From positions 11,800 through 75,799 of the forward strand of contig CAIOTC010000018.1 of the NCBI GenBank assembly GCA_903861205.1: 64,000 nucleotides of DNA, written 5' to 3'. The DNA comes from an uncultured bacterium (GTDB taxonomy: Bacteria > Patescibacteriota > Minisyncoccia > Phycocordibacterales > DATDWN01). Under the pieces are notes generated by a model. It had not been told where the DNA came from, ran no database searches, and saw only the letters and a list, made by a program, of their open reading frames with translations. The first letter of the stretch is position 1; each line of letters begins with the position of its first letter. This document shows positions 56,801-62,928 of the stretch, piece after piece. The translations under genes and the position numbers were made by a program.

Positions 56801-59800
56801 TGGGCTGATGGTTGTTCAACAGAACGGCAATGTCGGGATTGGGACGACGGGGCCCAATGCTGACTTGGATATATCTAATGCTAATCTGACACAAACAATC
56901 AGGCTGGGTTATTCGGGAACTCCGGCGGGACAGTATGCGCAATTTCAATTTAATAAAGCCTCGGATAATAGTTTAAATATTCTCACAAATTATTCCGGAG
57001 GTACAAATAATGTAATAACGTTCTCTCCAGGCGGAACCGAAAAGGTGCGATTTCAACAGAACGGCAACGTCGGCATCGGGACGACGACTGTGGGTAGTAG
57101 ATTAGTCGTGCAAGGTTCGGGAGCTACATCAGCTACGACAGCTTTAACGGTACAGAACAGTGCGGGAAGTGTGGCAATGTCAATATTAAATAACGGCAAC
57201 GTCGGCATCGGGACGACGAGTCCGAGTCAGTTGTTGACTGTGGGGAATAATAATCAGTTTACGGTTTCTTCAGTCGGAGCACTGGTGTCTCAAACGGCAA
57301 CAATTGGAGCAACGGCTGTGGTGCCTGTTGTGGTGAGTGGTACCGGAATATTCGGTGGCGCTTCTCCTAATGGGACATACAGTTATATTGGTAAGGATGG
57401 CTTTGGTGCAAATGAGTATCAATTTGGTACTTGGTATATATGGTGGGATAATGCGGTGCCTTGCTGGATTATTAATCATAGCCTTGGAACATGGAGTTCA
57501 AACGGGTTTTATAGTAGCGGAGGTTCAGGAACACCGCCATATGGTTTGGCCTGGAACAATGGGTCGTCAGGAACTGTGACTACTGCCGCTGGAGTGGCAA
57601 GTAATTTGACGGTAGATGGAGGTGGCAGCATTATTACCGGTGGTACTTTAAGTGTAAATGGAACAGGGAATAGTTATATACTCGGCAACGTCGGCATCGG
57701 GACAACGAGTCCACAGGCAACCTTGAATGTTTGGGGAACTTCCGGAACAAATCCGTTTTTGGTTTCTTCATCAACGGGAAGTGGGCTGATGGTTGTTCAA
57801 CAGAACGGCAATGTCGGCATCGGCACCACCACTCCAACCAACAAACTGACCATCACCGACACGGCCAATCCGCAGTTGACCCTGTCGGCTGACGCGGGTG
57901 TCTCGCAATGGGCCTTCCGCAACGCCGGTGGGAATTTGTATTTTGCCACGACCACGGTGGCGGGAACAGCGACAACATCGACTTCTGCGCTCTCCATTTT
58001 TAACAACGGCAACGTCAGCATTGGCAATTCCGCCACAGCCAACACTCTGACGGTTGGTGGCGGTTCGAACCTTGCCAGTATCAGCAACACCGCCACTTCC
58101 ACATTCTCACACAGCATCAGCTTGTCTGACGGATGTTTTGCCATCGGTAACACTTGCATCGGCTCGTCAAACGGCTCGGGCACGGTTGGTGTGGGAACGC
58201 AGGGTTATGTTCCGTTCTACAACACCGCCACCGATGTTCTCCAGGCCACATCGACACTATATATAGCGCAGTCTGGCTACGTCGGCATCGGCGGAGTGAC
58301 CAGTCCGACAAATCCGCTGGACGTCAGAGTCGGTGGCAGTGTTGCTTCGCCGAAACTGATTTCCTTTGACTTACTCGGTTCGGTCGAGCGCATCAAGACA
58401 ACATCGACCGCTTTGGATTTGCCAAACTTTATATATCTCGACTCGTCATCCGGCGACGCCACTTTGTCCAACACGGCCAACACCCAGAGCCAGATATTGC
58501 TCGGCGCTAATACCACTGTCGAAGGTCAGGGCAGTTTGTACCTCGACACATTCTCCGGCGGTGGCGGCAGCATTTTCTTCCGACCGCTCGGCACGCAGAA
58601 AATGGTTTTGACCAGTGATGGCAAACTGGGCGTGAATACCACAGCTCCGGCAGGGAATTTGCAAGTCAACGATGGCGCGAACGCTTTCCTGGTCAACGCC
58701 TCCGGCCAAGTCGGCATCGGCACGACCACACTGACATCGAAACTTTCCGTCGAGGGTAGCGTGACCTCATCGGGCGCCAGCGCGGTGGCGGGATTGTTCG
58801 CTTCGTCAACATTGAGCAACTCGAATGGTAGCGGATTCCAGTTCGGCAACAGGCTGATCAACAACGTCATCGGTGGAACGGCCGGGACCGAGGACGGGTT
58901 GTTCGTGCGCATGATCGATTCGTCCAGCGCAGCCAACACGGTGCGTGGTCTCGAAGTTCAGGCTTACTCGGGCAACAACACGGCCGGCGTCAACACCGGT
59001 ATCGCCACCTACGGCAAGACATTCGGTTTGCAAGCTTACACCACCGCGCTGGCCGGCGGAGTGTCGCAACCGGCGGCGGTGTTTGCGCAACTCGACAACG
59101 GCGGCGCACCGACCATCGGCAATGCTATTCGCGCATATTCCAACTCGCTGACATCGGCCACGCTGGTCAGTTTGTACCACGAGACATCGGCCTTCACCGG
59201 CACAGGTTTGGCCATGAACTTCGGCAACAACTCCGGCAGCTTCAGCGGTAACTTCCTCGATTTGCAAAACGCGGGTGTGAGCAAGTTCCGAGTCAACAGT
59301 GTTGGCCAAACGATAATCGGTTCTGCCGGTTCGTTCAACAGCTCGATGCTCGATGTCGCTTCGTCGACCGCCACCTCGAACGTCGACATGTTCCGCATCA
59401 TCTCCGACGTCGGTGGCGCGGCCAACGTCAAATTCCGCATCGACTCCGACGGAGATGTCTTCACTGACGGTGGCACGACAATCGGCTCACCGGCCGACAT
59501 CGCCGAGAATTATCCGGTCGCCGAGGACGGCCTCGAAGCCGGCGACGTGGTGGCATTGTCAACATCAACAAGGGTCCCCCTTGTGGATTCTGGATTACAA
59601 GGGGGACCCTTGTTGGGAGATTCTGCAACCACCACCATCTCCGGTCTTGTCAAAGCTTCTCGCACCGAGCGCAACATTCTCGGTATCGTCTCAACCAAGC
59701 CAGGCGTTCTGCTTTCCGGCAACACCGAAAATGCCGTGCCTGTCGCGTTGGCCGGACGCGTGCCAGTCAAAGTGTCTGACGAAAACGGCGCCATTGTGGT

Positions 59801-60992
59801 CGGTGACTACTTGACCGTTTCGAAACTGCATCCGGGCTACGCCGCCAAAGCGCTGTACTCCGGCACCGTCATCGGCCAGGCGTTGGAGAGCACACCTGGT
59901 GTCAACGGCGAAGCAACGTTATCACCGGGTGTTAGCTCGAACCCAAACCCAGCCACTTCAACCATCCTCGCCTTCGTTCACGTCGGCTGGCAAAACGTCG
60001 ACAACCAATTCGTTCTCGGCGATAATGGCGACCAATTGACCGGCGATGTCGGCGACGGTGCGCCAAAAGATGCGGCTGACGGCGGATTCCTGATCAACCA
60101 AAAAGGCAGCGGTTCGATCTTGCAACTGCAATCGAACGACCAAAACCGATTCATGGTGGCGACATCCGGCGCAGTGACGATTTTGGCTGACACTTCGTGC
60201 GATGTTGGCGGAGAACTCTCACCTGGTGTCAACGGCGCAGCAACGTTATCACCGGGTGTGAGTTCGAACTCTTGCGCCAATCTCTTCACCGTCAAAAATA
60301 ATTCGAACGAAATCTTTAGCGTCAACGTTCGCGGAGATGTCGCGATCAAAGGCGTCTTGGTTGCTACCGACGATAGCTTTGCCGGATCGATTGCCACCAA
60401 AGCCGACGGTACCGCTGACATCGACTTCTCGTACAACCTCGGCACAGGCAAACCGGTCGTCGAGTTGACACCGGAGAGCGACTCGCCGGTCTTCGCGCAA
60501 GTCATGTCGTGGAAGAAAGACAGCGACGGCAACTACACCGGACTGGTCGTCAAAACATTTGGCTTGAGCGGCACAGCAATTTCCTCAACCGTGCACTACG
60601 TGGTGGTGGGGAAGAAAAGCGGCTACTCCACCAACGGAACAGTCATGAATGTGATGTCCTCACCGGGTGTCGGCGGCGCAGGAGCCGGAGGTGTTTCCTC
60701 GGGTAGCGAAGCGGACGGAGGTGACTCCTCGGGCGTACCGAGTGTGAGTTCAAACCCTGCTTCAACTACCCCTGACACTTCCGCCACAACCACGCCCGCA
60801 ACCGGAGAACTCTCACCTGGTGGAGCCGGAGGTGTTTCCTCGGGTGCCGACAGCCAGTCGGACACCGGAGGTGACTCCTCGGGCGCACCCGTTTCCACTC
60901 CCACCACCCCCGACACCCAACCAACCGCCTCCGCTTCAGTTGACATTCCAGCCTCAGTCCCAGCTTCCGTCGACACAAATCAAACACAATAA
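47859..60992 (+). CDS. Giant (4377 aa) cell-surface repetitive protein with an N-terminal HTH_17-like segment, a single TM helix, a huge Gly/Ser/Thr/Ala-rich repeat region (tail-fibre-like NVGIGTT/S-P repeats) and a C-terminal S74-like intramolecular-chaperone-like segment
   Basis: It is one uninterrupted 13.1-kb ORF. The first 55 aa resemble an excisionase/MerR HTH (ISAKEAAELTSYSRDYIGQLCRDKKIDSKRIGHTWYV), and a TM helix follows at about aa 130-150. The remainder consists of reiterated ~150-aa modules (…TWTALQSFNYSSSTIYSSFVTASTTNLLAGTISL(N/G)GTDLQTTLN… and …GNVGIGTTSP…). The C-terminus (…GGTTIGSPADIAENYPVAEDGLEAGDVVAL…ILGIVSTKPGVLLSG…) resembles tail-spike/fibre chaperone domains. GC is ~55%, against ~30-45% elsewhere. 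The exact start and domain homologies are uncertain. Confidence 0.6.
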   Translation: MSSDLFFQNKKYISAKEAAELTSYSRDYIGQLCRDKKIDSKRIGHTWYVCEESILNYKNTPTDFDFAKNFKGALTPGVGDQTPGESSTNLFPRTDLQCPISRGQTSGTKFVKSTHKILFAKNFHFSKVFASVAAIVIFFLGTISLAQGFANLVPMTSKFAGDVSKISLSQIAKSAQNISDEISAAPENSYNALKDIAVFYSSEFTDGLINFGNKIQNATFAFLNQTKKLAKNPPLYIVQSLTGLAGGETKIVDSGISISGNAIATAHEKTFAFISDSIGGLPFVANYTTSTTKNMTSSVAMAVQEKALTPVDHAGISIYDSVNNFFRTNLYSPLLAFLGKSPNIVVPEKKSAGPMIAKNQGVLTPKSDLSTPGDNVASPLTPGEYKSAGITSAELDLRLQELDNKIAAKFAQLSTGNGGSVQNIYNMIAQSQVGAGVSNGGSASSATVANGLVAGTDISVNSITVTGSATSTFAGGIAISGGCISVNGVCLGSGSGNTTGGLAGQFPYYQNDGSTLYATSSIFITPNGNVGIGTTTPAKKFSVDGDVIVSGNIFTTLFNAISLSATNATTSNFAITNIKSSLLKTNADGTVVAAIAGTDYESSTTVNSLINASTTIAKLYTNNNFTGLQTFNYSSSTIYSSFVTASTTNLLAGTISLNGTDLQTTLNGKQSTISANWPFTLTGSTLGWNGLSTSSAATIGNIPYFTSANTFGNVGTTTPTFNLGLTAGGTWSVLGSAPTLTIATSSLYTGTTGQFPYFSGTNTITATSSLFLATSGNVGIGTAIPGVKLQVVGQSGTGNIGVINITGYDSFGQSLVMQLPSTGYTGNLIALMKAAGGSGQAMGFSTHFTSDAVDRFSIMNHLGVENLSVLDSGNVGIGSTSPTYKLSVEGTSSLGNQAIAGYFTATSTMATSTFAGGLDITKGLQLNSGYIFGAGLSSCNGTTAKLLWNATTGQFECGTDAGSSGLGISSINGLAVGVQKLATSSTNGGWGFLSSVDTHTLNIPTASATNPLGLLSSSDWTTFNNKDSFAFPFIAQSYGMSTTSTLGLLGGFFTPASASSTIAGTFNLPSLSNGALAVYNGLVGSYATTTAGSSLTYSGNAFNLNMANANSWTANQTFAFSSTTYASLTTASTTNLTIGGNTFNTLVGAGLINNSGALGLTNTSLTVNAGTGLSGGGTVALGGTITLSNQLATSSGESAGNLAYWTTTNGVPAKLGSVATTTLTASGALSLDHAISVLGSTPSILTCATANSSTFGCLAAADFSKFNSATTTFGGGLSYSNASNQATLNMANANTWTALQSFNYSSSTIYSSFVTASTTNLLAGTISLGGADLQTTLNSKLGTSLAKGKFLVGDDNGVAQATSTIFISSTGNVGIGTAVPGALVHILSSATKNVNGQEVLRLSGTAAADTIGSGPKILFTHSDNTVTASIRSYTFGASDTGLAFSTGYGALTDKMFINNAGSVGIGSTSPTYKLSVEGTSSLGNQAIAGYFTATSTMATSTFAGGLDITKGLQLNSGYIFGAGLGTCSSVTGKITWNSATGQFGCGTDAGSSGVGITSLGAQYSIAQTNAIQTLATSTSLDANLRLTITSAGDTHTFTPSWFGTLDDSRITSAANWNTAYSSRITSASLPLSFSGNVLSISQANGTTNGYLSAADFSKFNSATTTFGGGLTYTAGTNQATLNLGNANTWTALQSFNYSSSTIYSSFVTASTTNLLAGTISLGGTDLQTTLNGKQSTISASWPITLNGATVGFNGLSTSSAAVTGNIPYFTGANTFGNVATTTPTFNLGLTAGGTWSVLGSAPTLSIATSSLYTGTAGQFPYFSDTNTITATSSLFLATSGNVGIGTASPVTPLDIYRNGSYYNYLNLRNGQMSNNVGLPSVDTVFSVSQETPTYGKAIVTGVYSNGDSYALKLKGVSGATSLTAAPLVLTGAKRNSSSQVNVADTEQLLQVQKNDGTALMTMLGGGNLGIGTTSPSYKLDVMGGIASYGSSFFGGAITATSTLNVSGLATFAYSTTTYGSFTTASTTNFVLNGQTFNNLVGSGLSLNNGVLSATGGAGNVSTSSGEVMGQLSYWTTTNGTPAKLGSVATTTLTASGALSLDHAISVLGGTPAILTCTTANATTFGCLAAADFSRFNSATTTFSGGLSYTAGTNQASLNMANANTWTVNQSFNYSSSTIYSSFVTASTTNLLAGTISLNGTDLQTTLNSKLGTTLAKGKFIVGDDNGVAQATSTLYISSLGQIGIGDTSPSALLSVGTTTSTNAVGGMYFGKDTTANLYRSGAGWLKTDGNLEVAGGTGLKISSGALNMNGGAISSIRQLVGATTDDGTGVINFSNANLTSAQYINLTQNTSAFTGDGLKFNFAAGSGSFTGNFAEFQNNSVTKFVVKSDGSTGIGSSTPGSLLSIGGNGTGWNFFDNGTTTSYAKGIDLKNGGCFAVNGTCLSSGGLSAAITSLNGLTGAIQTFATTSIAGGWGWSSVGTTHTLNIPTASATNPLGLLSGADFTTFSNKLGNTLAKGNFFVGSDGNVAQATSSIFISSTGSIGIGTQNPSSLLSILGTTGGPSLFNVASTSGNSIFSILNNGSIGIGTSSPLATLDIQNNPTSFQNLLNFSNSSGTSLMNVGWYGDLTQNISSTSAVNIQDGAGNSVFSIDTTQSSSNAGLDITAGGAQSGNLLNVYSSGGDLLSGITSEGGWFSNIGSTNALSLQNGSGLPAFTFDTIGNQLTVGSSTVPTTSLLNVIAVDQSTDLFDIASTSGTTSYLHVTNTGQTGIGTSTINGTSLASTLTVAGDANFPTYPLLTIASSTGTNLLTLGVNGYLGLGSTTPGSLLSVGGDAVGINFSLATTTYSTTGGINLTKGGCFAVNGTCLSGGGISGLTGSTLAKGSFLVGGDNNQSQATSTLYISSLGQIGIGSTTPWGLLSVNANALTSDTPQFVVGSSTATNFIVANNGNVGIGTTSPQATLNVWGTSGTNPFLVSSSTGSGLMVVQQNGNVGIGTTGPNADLDISNANLTQTIRLGYSGTPAGQYAQFQFNKASDNSLNILTNYSGGTNNVITFSPGGTEKVRFQQNGNVGIGTTTVGSRLVVQGSGATSATTALTVQNSAGSVAMSILNNGNVGIGTTSPSQLLTVGNNNQFTVSSVGALVSQTATIGATAVVPVVVSGTGIFGGASPNGTYSYIGKDGFGANEYQFGTWYIWWDNAVPCWIINHSLGTWSSNGFYSSGGSGTPPYGLAWNNGSSGTVTTAAGVASNLTVDGGGSIITGGTLSVNGTGNSYILGNVGIGTTSPQATLNVWGTSGTNPFLVSSSTGSGLMVVQQNGNVGIGTTTPTNKLTITDTANPQLTLSADAGVSQWAFRNAGGNLYFATTTVAGTATTSTSALSIFNNGNVSIGNSATANTLTVGGGSNLASISNTATSTFSHSISLSDGCFAIGNTCIGSSNGSGTVGVGTQGYVPFYNTATDVLQATSTLYIAQSGYVGIGGVTSPTNPLDVRVGGSVASPKLISFDLLGSVERIKTTSTALDLPNFIYLDSSSGDATLSNTANTQSQILLGANTTVEGQGSLYLDTFSGGGGSIFFRPLGTQKMVLTSDGKLGVNTTAPAGNLQVNDGANAFLVNASGQVGIGTTTLTSKLSVEGSVTSSGASAVAGLFASSTLSNSNGSGFQFGNRLINNVIGGTAGTEDGLFVRMIDSSSAANTVRGLEVQAYSGNNTAGVNTGIATYGKTFGLQAYTTALAGGVSQPAAVFAQLDNGGAPTIGNAIRAYSNSLTSATLVSLYHETSAFTGTGLAMNFGNNSGSFSGNFLDLQNAGVSKFRVNSVGQTIIGSAGSFNSSMLDVASSTATSNVDMFRIISDVGGAANVKFRIDSDGDVFTDGGTTIGSPADIAENYPVAEDGLEAGDVVALSTSTRVPLVDSGLQGGPLLGDSATTTISGLVKASRTERNILGIVSTKPGVLLSGNTENAVPVALAGRVPVKVSDENGAIVVGDYLTVSKLHPGYAAKALYSGTVIGQALESTPGVNGEATLSPGVSSNPNPATSTILAFVHVGWQNVDNQFVLGDNGDQLTGDVGDGAPKDAADGGFLINQKGSGSILQLQSNDQNRFMVATSGAVTILADTSCDVGGELSPGVNGAATLSPGVSSNSCANLFTVKNNSNEIFSVNVRGDVAIKGVLVATDDSFAGSIATKADGTADIDFSYNLGTGKPVVELTPESDSPVFAQVMSWKKDSDGNYTGLVVKTFGLSGTAISSTVHYVVVGKKSGYSTNGTVMNVMSSPGVGGAGAGGVSSGSEADGGDSSGVPSVSSNPASTTPDTSATTTPATGELSPGGAGGVSSGADSQSDTGGDSSGAPVSTPTTPDTQPTASASVDIPASVPASVDTNQTQ
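48968..49010. repeat. Palindromic element family P3, in-frame copy in the giant ORF (forward orientation)
   Basis: The sequence ccacacctggtgataacgttgcttcgccgttgacaccaggtgag is translated as STPGDNVASPLTPGE. Confidence 0.6.
59569..59615. repeat. Palindromic element family P2 variant (aagggtccccctt…aagggggaccctt), in frame in the giant ORF
   Basis: It is translated as RVPLVDSGLQGGPLL. Compare the P2 copy inside RAYT-2, which is translated as RVPLLGSDSEKGAPFL. Confidence 0.55.
59891..59934. repeat. Palindromic element family P3, reverse-orientation in-frame copy
   Basis: The sequence cacacctggtgtcaacggcgaagcaacgttatcaccgggtgt is translated as TPGVNGEATLSPGV. Confidence 0.55.
60217..60262. repeat. 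Palindromic element family P3, reverse-orientation in-frame copy
   Basis: The sequence ctctcacctggtgtcaacggcgcagcaacgttatcaccgggtgtgag is the exact reverse complement of the gatB copy apart from a few substitutions. Confidence 0.6.
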
Positions 60993-61003
60993 TTTTAAAA
61001 AAC

Positions 61004-61666
61004 ATGAAAAATCGCGACTATAAAGAGTTTGCAGAAGGTGAGTATTATCACATTTTTAACCGCGGTGTCGGCAAGATGGATATTTTTTTGGATGACCAAG
61101 ACTACCTAAACTTTCTCAAGCGCCTGAAAATCGTTCTGAACTTGACTCCAAAAAGGGTGCCCCTTTTGGGTTCGGATTCAGAAAAAGGGGCACCCTTTTT
61201 GCACCTGTCTCCGTTGCCTGAAAATTCCTTTGAAATCATCTGTTATTGTCTGATGCCTAACCACTTCCATTTTATTATTAAACAACTCGGCGACATTTCA
61301 ATAAGCGATTTGATTTCAAAAATCTGCATTAGTTACTCAATGTATTTCAATAAAAAAAATGATCGAGTTGGTTCCTTGTATCAAGATCAGTTCAAAGCCA
61401 TCAACATTGCTACCGACCAGTATCTCCTCTGGCTTTCCGCCTACATCCACCAAAATCCGCATGTGGCCGGGTTGGTCAAAAATTTGGCGGACTGGAAATG
61501 GTCCAGCTACCCCGACTACATCGGCGCGCGGCAGGGAACTTTGTGCAAAAAGGACGTGGTGCTAGAGCGATTCAAAAACGCGCGCGAGTACGCCGACTTT
61601 GTGGATAGCGGTTTTGATATAATAAAAAATAAGGCGGAGTTGAAAGATTTATTGTTGGATTTTTAA
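61004..61666 (+). CDS. Second RAYT / IS200-like Y1 transposase paralog
   Basis: It has the GEYYHIFNRG N-terminus, the HuH motif PNHFHFII and the Tyr region YIHQNPHVAGL. It contains an in-frame P2 palindrome at 61150-61200. Confidence 0.65.
   Translation: MKNRDYKEFAEGEYYHIFNRGVGKMDIFLDDQDYLNFLKRLKIVLNLTPKRVPLLGSDSEKGAPFLHLSPLPENSFEIICYCLMPNHFHFIIKQLGDISISDLISKICISYSMYFNKKNDRVGSLYQDQFKAINIATDQYLLWLSAYIHQNPHVAGLVKNLADWKWSSYPDYIGARQGTLCKKDVVLERFKNAREYADFVDSGFDIIKNKAELKDLLLDF
61150..61200. repeat. Palindromic element family P2 (aaaaagggtgcccctttt…aaaaaggggcacccttttt) in frame inside RAYT-2
   Basis: The inverted repeat is read directly from the sequence. It encodes KRVPLLGSDSEKGAPFL between the RAYT N-terminal motif and the HuH motif. 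Confidence 0.6.
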
Positions 61667-61704
61667 AACGATGAAAATGCTCACATTTTTTCAAAAAAAA
61701 ACAT

Positions 61705-61725
61705 CAGAGAGGGACACCCTCTCTG
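61705..61725. repeat. P2-family palindrome (cagagagggacaccctctctg) 3' of RAYT-2
   Basis: It is a perfect palindrome apart from the central base. Confidence 0.55.
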
Positions 61726-61940
61726 CGGCTCATTTGTTTTTCTTGGCCAAAATAATCAAGAGAATAAAAGCGATGGCGAGCAACGCTCCGAGGATATAGA
61801 TGTTTATCATAGAATTGTAAATAGGGGACATAATAATTATGACTTGGTTAATATTAAAATAATAATACAGCGAGTATGAATATTTTGTCAACGAAAATCA
61901 AGAAGTTGTGGATAGGTTCGGTGTGTTAAAATGAAAAGAA

Positions 61941-62165
61941 ATGTTCAAAATTTTTAGAAAAACAAATATCGGAGAGGGAGAGGGTGCCCCTCTCAACCCA
62001 AAAAGGAGAGGGGCACCCTCTCTGTGGTCCAAAGGTTACATTAAAACCAAGAAAATAATTACCATCGCCGTTATTCTAGTCCTCATTGCCACCTCGATTA
62101 TTGTTCTGCCGTTGCTCACCCAGGCGTCGTGGTTTGGGGCGGGCAAGGCGGGTGTGTTAAAATAA
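61941..62165 (+). pseudogene. Truncated duplicate of the 5' end (signal-anchor region) of the LamG/DUF2341-like gene at 62929
   Basis: …KGYIKTKKIITIAVILVLIATSIIVLPLLTQASWFGAGKAGVLK* aligns with MSQRGFVKTKKVITVAVLTVLVAASIVILPTLTQASWFSNGKGTW… of the downstream gene. The 5' part (GEGEGAPLNPKRRGAPSL) is encoded by a P2 palindrome at 61971-62024. Confidence 0.35.
61971..62024. repeat. P2-family palindromic element pair (agagggtgcccctct…agaggggcaccctct)
   Basis: The inverted repeat is read directly from the sequence. Confidence 0.55.
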
Positions 62166-62169
62166 AAAC

Positions 62170-62646
62170 ATGCTTGAATTTACAAATAAACAATTTGAGG
62201 AAGTAAAAATTAAAAGTGAAGCTTTTTACAAAAATATCGGTGAGATTTATTGTCCATATTTAAAAGAAAAAGTTTCTTTTAATACCAAAGGCCTTGAACA
62301 TCTAAGATTTAAACATAGATGGAAATCTCGTCCTGAAAAAGACCAATACATGAGATTAAAACTCATTCATCTTGCTCCGGAAGTTTTAAAATTATCACAT
62401 ACAGTGCAGGGTATTTTAGAAACCAAAAAATTTGAGAGAATAAGAATGAAAGCTAGGACAGACACAATTTTGAAACCGGTCACTTATTTTGAATTCATCT
62501 CAGTTTTAAAGAGAAACAGAGTTAGAATTGTTGTAAAGCAAATTGAAAATGGTCAAAAATTTTTCTGGAGCATTATTCCATTCTGGAAAATGAATAGAGA
62601 AACAATGACAAGGATATTGCACGATGGCGATCCGGAGGAGGATTAA
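62170..62646 (+). CDS. Hypothetical protein (158 aa) in a low-GC insert
   Basis: The ORF is clean, and its ~32% GC contrasts with flanking DNA. I recognise no domain. It sits between a duplicated gene fragment and its full-length paralog. Confidence 0.35.
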   Translation: MLEFTNKQFEEVKIKSEAFYKNIGEIYCPYLKEKVSFNTKGLEHLRFKHRWKSRPEKDQYMRLKLIHLAPEVLKLSHTVQGILETKKFERIRMKARTDTILKPVTYFEFISVLKRNRVRIVVKQIENGQKFFWSIIPFWKMNRETMTRILHDGDPEED

Positions 62647-62808
62647 ACAACAAAAAATCCGCCAAAACAGCGGGTCCTTTGTTAGCGTTTGGCTACAGCG
62701 TATATAGCCGTGAGAGGGCGAACCCTTCCAAACGCCACAACCAGTATATCACCCCCAAATGAAAAGTCAATGAAAAACCAACTGACAAAAAAGAATAAAA
62801 AAATTAGA

Positions 62809-62925
62809 TCTCACCGAGTGTCATCTGCGAAGCAAAGGGTCACTCGGTGTGAGCTAATTTTTCCAATCAGAACTCATGAACCACACTCGGTGACTGCGTT
62901 ACTGCGTCGCCGACACCAAGTGAGC
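62809..62925. repeat. Two tandem P3-family palindromic elements (tcaccgagtgtcatctgcgaagcaaagggtcactcggtgtgag and cacactcggtgactgcgttactgcgtcgccgacaccaagtgag)
   Basis: The copies lie at 62809-62854 and 62881-62925. They are read directly from the sequence, immediately upstream of the ATG at 62929. Confidence 0.5.
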
Positions 62926-62928
62926 TTC

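Noticed and set aside
48021-60976. Dozens of 60-215-aa ORFs on the minus strand and in alternative frames inside the giant gene (e.g. 55886-56533, 58806-59309, 55124-55648)
   Set aside because: They are artefacts of the GC-rich, repeat-rich coding sequence, since stop codons are rare in high-GC off-frames. They have no start or RBS context and are entirely nested in the long forward ORF.
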